Positions 49,944 through 59,669 are shown, numbered from the stretch's first letter. The stretch is 64,000 nt of DNA from an uncultured Bacteroidales bacterium (GCA_944326255.1 CALVDG010000003.1:55167-119166), one strand, 5' to 3'. Program-made: numbers and translations. Notes: generated by a model from the letters alone, not told the origin.

Positions 49944-50894
49944 CTAACTTTCTATGAGACCGCGGCCCGTCTTTACGATTTCTCCCGTATCCACCATCTT
50001 GCGCAGAATCCTGTCCAGAAGGCCGTTGACAAAGACGCGGCTGTTGGCCGTACTGTAGAACTTGGAGATGTCCACGTACTCGTTAATCGTGACTTTCAGG
50101 GGGATGTTGGAGAAGCGCACGGCCTCGGCGACACCCTGGATTATCATCACCAGATCGGTAATGACCACCCTGTCTGGATCCCAATTGCTGGTATTGGCCA
50201 CCACTATGTCCATATACTTGTGATAGCCCGTCACTGCTGCCCTGAGCAGCTCATAGGCGAACTCCCGGTCGTCATCCTTCAGGAACACATCCGGGAACGG
50301 CATATCACCGCGCTTTTTCAACGTCTCAAGATTGCGCACTATCACTCCGAGCACATAGCCGAGATCGTCTATCCAGAAAAGCGACATGTCCTCCAGGAAC
50401 GACTCCAGCTCCTCATTGTCCTCAAAGAGCTCCGGGTCGGAGAATATCCTGACAAACAGGTCACAGTCCTCCGCCATCGACCGCGTCTCCGAGGCCATGT
50501 ACTCCTTGAAATAGTCCTTCCCTGACAAGGCCGTCAGTATCTTCCTTATCACCAAGGCCAGATCCTCAGTCCACACGAGTCCGTGATCCTCGCAGTATTT
50601 CGTGAAACGCTCATTCTGCCTGAGCCAGGCCGACACTTGATTGTCTGCGAACTTACGGTTGGGGTTGCGTTCCTCGGGAGTAGGATTGAATTTCTTGAGA
50701 CCGGTCTGAATCCTGGCCTCGGCGGCATTGCCGAGAGCAACCGCCGCATTGAGTATAAAATAATAAAGGTGCAGTGTCTTATCGCACGAATATTTGAGAG
50801 CTTTCTCGGCTTCTACCAGAGAATCAGAGCCGGAAGCTACCATACTGTAAAGAACTTTAAAGACTTTTATCCTTATCAGACGACGGTTTATCAT
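49944..50894 (-). CDS. nusB: Transcription antitermination factor NusB (long Bacteroidetes form)
   Basis: 316 aa. The N-terminus is MINRRLIRIKVFKVLY and the NusB-fold C-terminal half contains LPLKVTINEYVDISKFY. Confidence 0.8.
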   Translation of the reverse strand: MINRRLIRIKVFKVLYSMVASGSDSLVEAEKALKYSCDKTLHLYYFILNAAVALGNAAEARIQTGLKKFNPTPEERNPNRKFADNQVSAWLRQNERFTKYCEDHGLVWTEDLALVIRKILTALSGKDYFKEYMASETRSMAEDCDLFVRIFSDPELFEDNEELESFLEDMSLFWIDDLGYVLGVIVRNLETLKKRGDMPFPDVFLKDDDREFAYELLRAAVTGYHKYMDIVVANTSNWDPDRVVITDLVMIIQGVAEAVRFSNIPLKVTINEYVDISKFYSTANSRVFVNGLLDRILRKMVDTGEIVKTGRGLIES

Positions 50895-50916
50895 ACATTA
50901 TTTTTAAAACATTTTG

Positions 50917-50924
50917 CAAATATA
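50917..50924 (-). promoter_or_regulatory. -7 box TATATTTG for nusB
   Basis: Exact TAnnTTTG match on the minus strand, 23 nt upstream of ATG 50894. Confidence 0.5.
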
Positions 50925-50946
50925 ACTTGAACATGAGAAAAAACTC

Positions 50947-50954
50947 TATATTTG
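50947..50954 (+). promoter_or_regulatory. -7 box TATATTTG for the PUR-like gene
   Basis: Exact TAnnTTTG match 28 nt upstream of ATG 50982. Confidence 0.5.
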
Positions 50955-50981
50955 TAACAAATTTTGTAAAATTTAATAAAA

Positions 50982-51350
50982 ATGTATTCAGAGGATATTG
51001 ATAACTCAGCTGCCATGGAGCGCAGCGGCGACGATGTGTACTCGAAGCCTGTCCGCGCTGGAAAAAGGACATACTTTTTCGACGTAAAAGCCACCAAGGG
51101 CAATGATTACTATCTCACTATCACCGAGAGCAAGAGAAGGATCGAAAAGGACGGACGCTTCGCATACGACAAACATAAGATTTTCCTGTACAAGGAAGAC
51201 TTCGAGAAGTTCTCACAGGGACTTGAGGAGGTCATAGCCTACATCAAGGAAAGATGCCCTGTCGTAGAGCGCACGGAGGAGGACAGACACATTCCCAGAG
51301 AAAGAGAGGAGGGTGATCAGTTCTCGGATGTGAATTTCGAGGAGCTTTAG
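50982..51350 (+). CDS. PUR-alpha-like ssDNA/RNA-binding protein (DUF3276)
   Basis: 122 aa. VYSKPVRAGKRTYFFDVKATKGNDYYLTITESKR is the family-typical repeat. Confidence 0.7.
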   Translation: MYSEDIDNSAAMERSGDDVYSKPVRAGKRTYFFDVKATKGNDYYLTITESKRRIEKDGRFAYDKHKIFLYKEDFEKFSQGLEEVIAYIKERCPVVERTEEDRHIPREREEGDQFSDVNFEEL

Positions 51351-51358
51351 TCCCGGTA

Positions 51359-52111
51359 CTAGAACATGTCCTGGTAAGGCCTGAAAAAACGGCCTCCCCA
51401 GTTCCACAGCGGAGACGGAATAAGACGCATCAGCAGGCCCAGCGCGGCCCAGCGTCCGTCTATCACCGCTGTTTTTTTCTTGCGTCTTATCGCACGTACT
51501 ATCTTAGCGGCGGCATCTTCCCTGCGTATAGTCATGGGGAAATGCCGCCCGTGTATGAAATCAGTATCCACAAAGCCCGGCTTGATGACTGTGAACCCTA
51601 TATCGGCTTTCCGGATTACGGCCAACTGCCTGAGAGCTTTCGTATAAAAAGCATCAAACTCCTTAGTGGCCGAGTATGCCGGACACACTCCCAGCGGCAG
51701 TATGGAAGCCACGGACGAGAGCACGGCCAGGTGTCCCTTAAGTCCGTTTCCGGCCCAGTAGTTGAACAGCCACACGGCGCAGCGGACAAATCCTTCCGCA
51801 TTGACTTCCACCTGACCCAGCTCCAGAGACGGTTCCAGAGCCGTATTGGTGTGCCCGAATCCGGACGAATACAGGCAGATATCCACTCCGCCCATCTCCT
51901 CCACGAGAGCGGCCAGCTGAGCGGCGGCATCCCCGGACGACACGTCGAATGTCCTTGTAAAGACCCTGCCTGCAGGTGCCGCCGAGGCAAACTCCTCCAG
52001 CAAGGCAGTACGCCTGCCGGTAACTCCTACCCTATGCCCCTGAGCCAGATATATCTCCGCCACTGCCCGGCCTATACCCGATGTGGCTCCTATGACTATC
52101 ACATTCATCAT
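51359..52111 (-). CDS. Short-chain dehydrogenase/reductase
   Basis: 250 aa with the Rossmann motif GATSGIGRA and the catalytic YSATK. Confidence 0.85.
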   Translation of the reverse strand: MMNVIVIGATSGIGRAVAEIYLAQGHRVGVTGRRTALLEEFASAAPAGRVFTRTFDVSSGDAAAQLAALVEEMGGVDICLYSSGFGHTNTALEPSLELGQVEVNAEGFVRCAVWLFNYWAGNGLKGHLAVLSSVASILPLGVCPAYSATKEFDAFYTKALRQLAVIRKADIGFTVIKPGFVDTDFIHGRHFPMTIRREDAAAKIVRAIRRKKKTAVIDGRWAALGLLMRLIPSPLWNWGGRFFRPYQDMF

Positions 52112-52128
52112 TGCATTGATTTTATACG

Positions 52129-52136
52129 CAAATTTA
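52129..52136 (-). promoter_or_regulatory. -7 box TAAATTTG for the SDR gene
   Basis: Exact TAnnTTTG match on the minus strand, 18 nt upstream of ATG 52111. Confidence 0.5.
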
Positions 52137-52157
52137 AACCATTTATCCCATATCTGT

Positions 52158-52190
52158 AAAGAAAAAGGCCATCGGCGGACCGATGACCTC
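52158..52190 (-). terminator. Rho-independent terminator of the M16 peptidase operon
   Basis: The minus strand reads AGGUCAUCGG-UCCG-CCGAUGGCCU followed by UUUUUCUUU. It starts about 27 nt after the stop at 52217. Confidence 0.65.
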
Positions 52191-52216
52191 TTTCATATCC
52201 GTTCAAAGAGATAGGA

Positions 52217-54283
52217 CTAGAGCTTTTTGGCTTTGAGCTTGGAGTTGACCTTGACATTTACGACCTTGGCCTCCATCTCACCCATCTGAGGTACGACCAT
52301 CTTCATTACCGAAGGATACTTGACACCATATTTGGTCGTCATGTACTCTACATAATAGGTCTCGGCTGACTGGCCCATAGCTGATTCTACAGTCTTTACC
52401 TTGGCTCCGGTCTCGACATCGTAATAATCTACAGTCACAGTGCCGGCAGCATCTGTACTCTTTACCTTATAGGCATCGCGTCCGTCCACGGCCTCGATAC
52501 CGGTCAGTTCATAGCCGTCAGTGCCGAGCATCTCAGGGTAAGGATACAGGTCACTCTCGCTGACCACGGTTGCAATCTGAGCCGGATCAGTCAGTTCCTG
52601 GGTTCCGCCCATAGGAGAGCCCACTGTCAGGGTACCGTTCACAAGCTTTATAGATGACATCACCTGACCGCCCATGGACTGTGTCTGCGAGAAAGCCTTC
52701 TCGGCAGGAATCATCTTAACGGTATTGGAAATGGTCATCCCCTGGACAGTCATGTCTGTCTGCACGGTTATGTCCTTGATGCCCTCGATAAGCTCACGGC
52801 CTCCGAGATAGTTGAAATAGTTGTCGAACACGGTCTGGACTGTCACGTCGGCTGCAACCTCCTTGCGTTCGATGGGCTTGCCCTCGAAGTCAAGCTCTAC
52901 GACCACTCCGTCTGAGTCATACTGGGCCAGAGCGGGAAGCACTGAAGGATCACCCACGCAGAACCAATACATGTTGTCGGGATCGAAGTACTTGGCCACC
53001 ACGGCACGGATATCGTCAAGTGTCAGGGCATCCAGTCTCTGAAGATAAGTAGCGTAGTAGTCATCGGGCAGACCATAACGCTCAACCGAGTAAGCGAAGC
53101 TGGCGATGGTTCCTGAAGATTCCAGCGAACGGGAGAAGTCTCCGGCATACATGGTCTTGAACTTCTCCAGATCATCCTCGGTATAGTCTCCGTCCATCAT
53201 GTTCTGCAGCTCAATGCGCATCTGCACGAAGGAACTGTCGGTAGCGTTGCCGTTGACATCGCCGCCGGCGCTGAACGAACCGGATATCTCATCTGAGCTT
53301 ACGCTGGAGTAGACTCCGTAGGTATATCCGTGAGTCTCACGGAGGTTGCGGAACAGCTTGGCGTCAAATCCGCCTCCGCCATAGATGGCATTGGCAATAC
53401 TCAGGGCCATACGGTCCTCAGAGTCAGGAGTGAGGGTAATGGGAGCCATCATCTCGATCGTGGACTGCACTGCGCCGTCCTTGGGAGAGAATACTACCTG
53501 GATGCCCTCGGGACGGTTGACTGCGGGGTCCTCATGGGTGAGAATCTCGCCCTTCTCCCACTTGCTGAGATATTTCTCGCAGATAGCCTTGGCCTGCTCA
53601 AGATTCATGTCACCGACAATGATGACAATCGCGCTGTTGGGAATGATGAAGTTCTCGTAGTACTCGCGGCAGTCATCTGTCGTGATGGCCTCTACAGTAG
53701 CCTCTGTCATGATGTCGCTGTAGGCATGTCCTTCAGGATATACCGTCGCGGTCATGATATTGCTAAGAATGGCACCCGGAGATGTACGGGACATCTGGAG
53801 TCCACCGAGAGCCTGGTCCTTTATCTTGTCCAGCTCTTCCTGAGGGAATGTGGGGTTGTAGAGCACATCTGTGAGGATGTCCATCATCTTGTCAGTGTAC
53901 TTGGTAAGGGTCATGAAACCGATGGAGCGGGAACCGGTACGGAATGTGGCGCCGAGGAAATCCACCTCGTTGTTGAGCTGGTCAGCAGTACGGTTTACAG
54001 TTCCCCTGCCCCAGAGGTCACCGAAGAAAGAAGACTCGCCTGCTTTCTCCCCTTCCATATACGGATCTACTATAAAATTGATATTGAAGTTGACGACAGG
54101 ACGGTCATGGTCCTCCACGAGGATGACGCGGAGACCGTTGTCCAGAGTGAATTTCTCGAAGTCACCGAGCTGAACCACGGGTGCGGGACCGGCTTCGGGA
54201 GCCTTGCTTCTGTCTATCTGCGCGCTCAGCTGGAAGAGGGACAGCAGGGCGGCCGTCAATGTAAGTGTAAGTATCTTTTTCAT
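52217..54283 (-). CDS. M16-family (pitrilysin-like) peptidase, non-catalytic partner with a C-terminal extension
   Basis: About 688 aa with a signal peptide (MKKILTLTLTAALLSLFQLSAQ) and M16 N/C domains, but no HxxEH motif. The start is set to ATG 54283. Confidence 0.8.
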   Translation of the reverse strand: MKKILTLTLTAALLSLFQLSAQIDRSKAPEAGPAPVVQLGDFEKFTLDNGLRVILVEDHDRPVVNFNINFIVDPYMEGEKAGESSFFGDLWGRGTVNRTADQLNNEVDFLGATFRTGSRSIGFMTLTKYTDKMMDILTDVLYNPTFPQEELDKIKDQALGGLQMSRTSPGAILSNIMTATVYPEGHAYSDIMTEATVEAITTDDCREYYENFIIPNSAIVIIVGDMNLEQAKAICEKYLSKWEKGEILTHEDPAVNRPEGIQVVFSPKDGAVQSTIEMMAPITLTPDSEDRMALSIANAIYGGGGFDAKLFRNLRETHGYTYGVYSSVSSDEISGSFSAGGDVNGNATDSSFVQMRIELQNMMDGDYTEDDLEKFKTMYAGDFSRSLESSGTIASFAYSVERYGLPDDYYATYLQRLDALTLDDIRAVVAKYFDPDNMYWFCVGDPSVLPALAQYDSDGVVVELDFEGKPIERKEVAADVTVQTVFDNYFNYLGGRELIEGIKDITVQTDMTVQGMTISNTVKMIPAEKAFSQTQSMGGQVMSSIKLVNGTLTVGSPMGGTQELTDPAQIATVVSESDLYPYPEMLGTDGYELTGIEAVDGRDAYKVKSTDAAGTVTVDYYDVETGAKVKTVESAMGQSAETYYVEYMTTKYGVKYPSVMKMVVPQMGEMEAKVVNVKVNSKLKAKKL

Positions 54284-54304
54284 ATCGTTGTACATGTCTT
54301 AAAA

Positions 54305-55621
54305 TTAGTTCTGTTTGGGAAGATAGTAGATGGATATCTTCTGGGTGGGGTCAATGTATTTCTTGGCGACCTCAAGGACTTTCTCCTTGGTCAGTTTGGA
54401 GTACTGCTCCATAGTCTCATTGACGGAATTGGTGTTCTTGAGATAGGTATAGGCTGTAGCCAGACTCTCGGCAACACCTTCAATAGTGGTGTTGGAGGTA
54501 GCCTCGCTCATCTCCACCATATTCATCACCTTCTGGAATTCCTCATCGGTCATGCCGTTCTCAAGCAGGCCGTAAACCTCAGCGTCTATATCAGCCTCCA
54601 GGACTGACAAGTCTACGCCGTTGGGGATTCCCTGGATCATGAACACACCCGGATGCTCGAAAGGCATCACGCCGCCTGCAGCCATCAGACCGGTCTTCTT
54701 GGTATCCACGATCTGCTTCTGCAGACGGGCGGAGTTACCGGCGGAGAGGATGGAGTTGAACACGGTCATTGCATAATAGTCATCGGTACCGTATGCGGGA
54801 GAAGGATAAACCTCAATCAGCATGGGCATCTGGATATTGTCATAGACGGTATCCTTGATAGGCTCAGTACGCCTGGGCTCCATATTGGGATCCGGACGGC
54901 GGGGCTCCACAGTACCGGCGGGGATGTCGCCGAAGTACTCCTCGATCCACTCCTTGGTCTGCTTGGTATCAAAGTCTCCGCAAACTACCAGCACAGCGTT
55001 GTTGGGTTTGTAGAACATATCGTGGAAATCCTGGAAATCCTGGATAGAGGCATTGCGGATGTGCTCCTCAGAGCCGAGAACGTCGTGATTGTAAGGGTGA
55101 ACCTTGAAGGAGTTGGTCAGAATCTTGGTAAATACGGTGCCGTAGGGCTGGTTGTCGCGGGTCTGGCCCATCTCCTGGCATACCACGTCCTTCTGGGTAT
55201 TCACACCGATCTCCTCAATCTTGGGATGCAGCATCCTCTCGGACTCAAGCCACATTCCGAGCTCCAGCTGGTTGGAGGGCAGCAGCTCGAAATAATAGGT
55301 ACGGTCATTGGAGGTGTTGGCATTCAGAGAGCCGCCGGCCTCGGACACATAGGTAGCATACTCGCCGCGGCCGATGTTCTCGGTGCCCTCGAACATCAGA
55401 TGCTCGAAGAAATGGGCGAAGCCTGTCAAATGGGGCTCCTCGTTCTTGGAACCCACGTGGTACATTACGGAGATTACGACATTGGGAGTCTTGTGGTTCT
55501 GGGACAGAATCACATGAAGACCGTTGTCAAGGTCGTACTCCTCGAACTGGATATTCTGCGCCGATGCGGCCACTGGCAGAAGTACTGCCGACAGAATAAG
55601 GATTAAAAGGTTCTTCTTCAT
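54305..55621 (-). CDS. M16-family zinc peptidase (catalytic subunit)
   Basis: 438 aa with a signal peptide and the inverted zinc motif HFFEHLMFEG (HxxEH). Confidence 0.9.
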   Translation of the reverse strand: MKKNLLILILSAVLLPVAASAQNIQFEEYDLDNGLHVILSQNHKTPNVVISVMYHVGSKNEEPHLTGFAHFFEHLMFEGTENIGRGEYATYVSEAGGSLNANTSNDRTYYFELLPSNQLELGMWLESERMLHPKIEEIGVNTQKDVVCQEMGQTRDNQPYGTVFTKILTNSFKVHPYNHDVLGSEEHIRNASIQDFQDFHDMFYKPNNAVLVVCGDFDTKQTKEWIEEYFGDIPAGTVEPRRPDPNMEPRRTEPIKDTVYDNIQMPMLIEVYPSPAYGTDDYYAMTVFNSILSAGNSARLQKQIVDTKKTGLMAAGGVMPFEHPGVFMIQGIPNGVDLSVLEADIDAEVYGLLENGMTDEEFQKVMNMVEMSEATSNTTIEGVAESLATAYTYLKNTNSVNETMEQYSKLTKEKVLEVAKKYIDPTQKISIYYLPKQN

Positions 55622-55638
55622 ACTTTGTTTGTTGTTGA

Positions 55639-56232
55639 TTAATTATTGTGTTCTATTAGTGTTACTTTTCCGTCTTTTAAAAGATATTTCTCCCCTGTTC
55701 CCGGACATACGGCCGTGCCGTCCTGACCGAACTCCAGACGATAACCGGCCCTGCTCATCCATCCCGTCTGCCTGGCAGGATTGCCTACCACCAGGGCATA
55801 GTCAGGCACATCCTTGGTTATCACCGCACCGGCTCCGACAAAGGCCCACCGGCCTATATCGTGACCGCAGACCACCGTAGCATTGGCACCTATCGTAGCT
55901 CCCATCCCCACTCTGGTAGCGGCATATTCACCCCGGCGGCACACAGCACTGCGGGGATTGACCACATTGGTAAACACACAGGAAGGCCCGAGGAACACAT
56001 CATCCTCACACGTAACTCCCGTATAGACAGAGACATTGTTCTGTACCTTCACATTGTTTCCCAGCACTACTCCAGGAGATATCACCACATTCTGACCTAT
56101 ATTGCAGTCCCGACCGAGAACCGCTCCGGTCATAATATGGGAAAAATGCCATATGCGTGTCCCTTCCCCTATGCTGCATCCGTCATCTATGACAGCAGTC
56201 TCATGTGCGAAATATCCTCGTTCCATAGTCAT
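55639..56232 (-). CDS. wbpD: Left-handed beta-helix N-acetyltransferase, WbpD-like (UDP-2-acetamido-3-amino-2,3-dideoxy-glucuronate N-acetyltransferase)
   Basis: Hexapeptide repeats run throughout (IGEGTRIWHFSHI, IGQNVVISPGVVLGNNVKVQNNVSV). It directly follows the wbpE-like gene. The start is set to ATG 56232. Confidence 0.8.
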   Translation of the reverse strand: MTMERGYFAHETAVIDDGCSIGEGTRIWHFSHIMTGAVLGRDCNIGQNVVISPGVVLGNNVKVQNNVSVYTGVTCEDDVFLGPSCVFTNVVNPRSAVCRRGEYAATRVGMGATIGANATVVCGHDIGRWAFVGAGAVITKDVPDYALVVGNPARQTGWMSRAGYRLEFGQDGTAVCPGTGEKYLLKDGKVTLIEHNN

Positions 56233-56236
56233 CCGT

Positions 56237-57376
56237 TTATCTTTTGAAAAACCCGGCCACCTCCCCTGCAATCCGTTCCTGAACCTCTACTGTCAGTTCC
56301 GTATGCATCGGCAGGGACAGCACGGAGTCAGCCAGAGACTCCGCAATTTTCAGGCCAGCCCCGCCACAAGCATACGCTTTCTGACGATGCAACGGCAGCG
56401 GATAATATATCATGGAGGGTATCTCTCTGGATGCCAGATACTCTTTCAAGGCATCCCGCCTACCGTCCTTAACCTTGACCGTATACTGATGGTAGACGTG
56501 TGTGGTGAAAGAAGCCTCCACCGGCAGCTCTATACCGTCCACTCCACGGAGAAGAGCATCGTATCTGTGCGCGGCAGTCCGTCTGGCCCTGCTGTATTCA
56601 TCCAGATGCCGCAGCTTGACCTCCAGCACAGCAGCCTGCATGGTATCGAGACGGGAATTGCAGCCGATTACATCGTGATGATACTTCACGCGCTGACCGT
56701 GGTTGGCCGTCATGCGGATGCGCTCCGCCAGAGCATCATCGTCCGTAAAAAGAGCACCGCCGTCTCCGTAGCAGCCCAGATTCTTCGAAGGGAAAAATGA
56801 AGTGCAGCCGATGTGCCCCAGAGTACCGGTATGCCTGCTGCGGCCGTCAGGATAAGTGTAGACGGCTCCGAGGGACTGGGCATTGTCCTCGACAACATAA
56901 AGGCCATGGGCTGCCGCAAAGTCCAGTATCGGAGCCATGTCACAGCTCTGCCCGAACAGATGCACGGGAATGATGGCCCTGGTCCTGGGAGTAATGGCCT
57001 TCTCGATAAAACGTATATCCGTATTAAAGGTATCGCAGTCCACATCCACCATCACCGGTCTGAGACCCAACAACGCTATCACCTCGGCCGAGGCCACATA
57101 GGTGAATGCGGGAACGATGACCTCGTCGCCCGGCTTCAGACCGAGGGCCATAAGGGCTATCTGGAGGGCATCGGTGCCGTTACCGCAGGGAATGACATGT
57201 CTTGCCCCCGTGTACTGCGCCAGGGCCGAGGCAAAGCGACCGACTGCCGGGCCGTTAATAAAAGCCGAACTGTCGATGACCTCCGCTATGGCTGCGTCGA
57301 TCTCCGCCTTAATCCTCATATACTGACCGTGAAGGTCTACCATCTGAATCTTCTGCTGCATCGTACCCTCCATCAT
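56237..57376 (-). CDS. wbpE: DegT/DnrJ/EryC1 PLP aminotransferase, WbpE-like
   Basis: The PLP-lysine context is FFPSKNLGCYGDGG and the N-terminus IQMVDLHGQY aligns with WbpE. Alternative starts are 57373 and 57361. Confidence 0.85.
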   Translation of the reverse strand: MMEGTMQQKIQMVDLHGQYMRIKAEIDAAIAEVIDSSAFINGPAVGRFASALAQYTGARHVIPCGNGTDALQIALMALGLKPGDEVIVPAFTYVASAEVIALLGLRPVMVDVDCDTFNTDIRFIEKAITPRTRAIIPVHLFGQSCDMAPILDFAAAHGLYVVEDNAQSLGAVYTYPDGRSRHTGTLGHIGCTSFFPSKNLGCYGDGGALFTDDDALAERIRMTANHGQRVKYHHDVIGCNSRLDTMQAAVLEVKLRHLDEYSRARRTAAHRYDALLRGVDGIELPVEASFTTHVYHQYTVKVKDGRRDALKEYLASREIPSMIYYPLPLHRQKAYACGGAGLKIAESLADSVLSLPMHTELTVEVQERIAGEVAGFFKR

Positions 57377-57377
57377 T

Positions 57378-58358
57378 TTACCAGCCGAAAGGATGCGGAG
57401 CCAGAGGCAGTTTCGCAAGGGGATGGTAATCACCCTTGAGGCCAATGGGCACGGCCGTGCGTATCTGGCTGACTATCTCGATGCAGGGACGTGCCTCGCT
57501 GATACGGAAACCTTCGCCTGCCAGTATCTTCTCATAGCTGCGCGTATGCAGTTCGGTGAATCCGGCACTGAACTCGAACTCCTCCCCGTCGATCATGATC
57601 GTGCGGTAGGTACGTTTCTCGCCCTGCACGGCGTTCTCCGGCAGATTGTCCGCATTGATGCTCAGAAAGTAGCGCACGCGGGCCTTCTTCAGGCCGAGAT
57701 AGCCGGCCACGCGGTCGTGGCTCTTGACGTGCACGATATTCTCGCTCACCGGGCCGAATATCCACTGGAGCATGTCGTAGAAATGCACGCCGATGTTCGT
57801 TGCCACTCCCCCGCTCTTATGCTCGTCGCCCTTCCATGAGGCGTAGTACCAGTTGCCACGGGAAGTAATATAAGTCAGATCCACGTCGTAGACCTTGTCC
57901 GCCGGACCTTCGTCTATCTTCTTCTTCAAAGCCACTATCGAGTCGTGCAGACGGAGCTGCAGGATATTGTAGGCCTTATGTCCGGTATCCTCCTCTATCT
58001 TCATGATGGCGTCTATGTTGTGAGGGTTGAGCACTGCAGGCTTCTCGCAGATGACGTCAGCGCCAAGCCTGAGACCGTAGCGCATATGCGCGTCGTGCAG
58101 ATAGTTGGGGGTGCAGACCGAAAGCATCTCTATCTGCCTGTCCGTACCCTTGAGTTTCGAGCAGTGACGGTCGAACAACTCCTGCTCAGTAAAAAAAGCA
58201 GCATCGGGGAAGAAACTGTCCATAATCCCGACACTGTCGAAGCGGTCGTAAGCCGCCTGTAAGATATTTCCTGTATCCTTTATCGCCCTGAGGTGCCGCG
58301 GCGCGATATAGCCACCGACCCCTATCAGGGCAAAATTCTTTCCTGGCATTTCAATCAA
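57378..58358 (-). CDS. wbpB: Gfo/Idh/MocA oxidoreductase, WbpB-like (UDP-GlcNAcA 3-dehydrogenase)
   Basis: 326 aa. NFALIGVGGYIAPRHLRAIKDTGN, CTPNYLHDAH, ICEKP, YNILQLRLH, LTYITSRGNWY and ATNIGVHFYDML closely parallel my recollection of P. aeruginosa WbpB. Confidence 0.85.
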   Translation of the reverse strand: MIEMPGKNFALIGVGGYIAPRHLRAIKDTGNILQAAYDRFDSVGIMDSFFPDAAFFTEQELFDRHCSKLKGTDRQIEMLSVCTPNYLHDAHMRYGLRLGADVICEKPAVLNPHNIDAIMKIEEDTGHKAYNILQLRLHDSIVALKKKIDEGPADKVYDVDLTYITSRGNWYYASWKGDEHKSGGVATNIGVHFYDMLQWIFGPVSENIVHVKSHDRVAGYLGLKKARVRYFLSINADNLPENAVQGEKRTYRTIMIDGEEFEFSAGFTELHTRSYEKILAGEGFRISEARPCIEIVSQIRTAVPIGLKGDYHPLAKLPLAPHPFGW

Positions 58359-58517
58359 ATTTCAATCCTGCGAAGATAATAAAAATTTCCTCAAATTCTA
58401 CCGTCTGCTACTCTTTCCCGCTCCTTTACATACTGCTCCTCCATTGAGAGTTCCTTTAAAAAGTGTCATATTTGTGTCATTAAAAAACATTACCAACCCA
58501 TAAAAAACCTTAAAACC

Positions 58518-58995
58518 TTGCGCTACAGATTCATCATACTCAGCTACAACACAGGTAAGGACGGAAAGACAGCCGTCACCCTTCGTGTCACCAAGAACAG
58601 AAAACGCAAATACATCAATACCGGACTGCGGGCCAGTCCCGGTCCTCGAAAAGACGCGCAGGCTATTTCTCTTCATGTACTACTGTTACGGCATCTCATT
58701 CATAGACGCCGCAATGCTCACAAGGAGCAATTTGGAGAACTGCAACTGCGGCACATACATAGTCTACAAGCATTTCAGCAGAAATCTCAACAACCTCGGG
58801 CTCGCTATCGGACTCAAGGGATTCAGGCTCACGAGCTACGTGGCACGACACACCATGGCCATGACCCTGCAGGAGCATCATGTGCCACGCGAGATCATAT
58901 CGCAGATTCTCGGGCACAAGGACCTCTCCACCACTTCAGTCTACCTCGACAGTTTTGCCGACAGCATCATCGACGAGGCTGCCCGGGTCCTGTAA
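58518..58995 (+). pseudogene. Decayed Bacteroides-type tyrosine integrase (arm-binding N-terminal stub frameshifted onto a deleted catalytic domain)
   Basis: Frame 0 gives RYRFIILSYNTGKDGKTAVTLRVTKNRKRKYINTGL, an Arm-DNA-binding N-terminus with no ATG. Frame +1 gives TRRLFLFMYYCYGISFIDAAMLTRSNLE...LTSYVARHTMAMTLQEHHVPREIISQILGHKDLSTTSVYL, the catalytic R-H-x-x-R...Y region. Only ~160 of the ~400 aa normally expected remain. Confidence 0.7.
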
Positions 58996-59362
58996 GAAGC
59001 CGCCCCTGTCACTTTCACCCCTGCCACTTTTACTATGTCCAGCACATCCCTCAAATATATTACGCTGATTCTCATACACATACATCTCGACAACTTGCCG
59101 GACTACCCGTTTTTTCCACAAAACATCTATTTTACCCCAAGTCCAGCAGACACCCATTTTCAAATCATCTGATTACTAAGTTATTGCATTAAGCACCCAT
59201 GTTGGACTTCTACAGAAGCCCAATGAGCGATATGGGATAAAGCCTGAACCGACATTTTTAGTTTGCGACATATAAGTGTCATATATAGTTATTGCCATCA
59301 CCAACTATCTTATGTGTATCACCTATATATCATATGGTTACAGCAGTAAGACCATTCTTTAC

Positions 59363-59594
59363 ATACGCGTCCCACGAGCGCATCCTCGTCGCGAAGGTTC
59401 GCGAGTACGACTACACCACTGCCTGCGGCGTGTGCGGGTCCCTGCTGTCGCTGTCCCAGGCGGTGGACATCCCCTCGGCCGTCATGCTGATGAAGCGCAC
59501 CGTGCCGGAGTTCAAGTCCAAAAACTCCCCCTACGAGCAGTACGACCTCCGAATCGAGCGGGAGCGGCAGGCCGCCGGGCAGCAGCCGTCCTGA
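59363..59594 (+). pseudogene. 3' stub of an unidentified GC3-rich gene (same codon style as ugd)
   Basis: In the frame ASHERILVAKVREYDYTTACGVCGSLLSLSQAVDIPSAVMLMKRTVPEFKSKNSPYEQYDLRIERERQAAGQQPS* nearly every third codon position is G or C. That bias begins abruptly near 59363, after AT-rich sequence. No family was recognised. Confidence 0.35.
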
Positions 59595-59609
59595 CCCGGA
59601 GTTTTTGAC

Positions 59610-59650
59610 GAAAGTGGTTTTTTTCTTAGCCCCGAATGACTTACCTTTGC
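59610..59650 (+). promoter_or_regulatory. Portable promoter module, copy A (AAGTGGTTTTT - N - TACCTTTG)
   Basis: AAGTGG lies at 59612-59617 and the -7 box TACCTTTG at 59642-59649, exactly 30 nt apart (start to start). The antitoxin ATG is 21 nt downstream. Copy A shares about 33/43 nt with copy B. Confidence 0.55.
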
Positions 59651-59669
59651 ATTAAAGGAGGACTGTATT

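Noticed and set aside
59276-59608. 110-aa ORF in an alternative frame over the GC-rich stub, plus the upstream part of the 59292..59594 ORF (MPSPTILCVSPIYHM...).
   Set aside because: The 59276 frame is arginine- and alanine-rich junk typical of an off-frame reading of GC3-rich DNA. In the 59292 frame, the AT-rich first ~24 codons lack the GC3 signature, so only 59363-59594 looks like former coding sequence.
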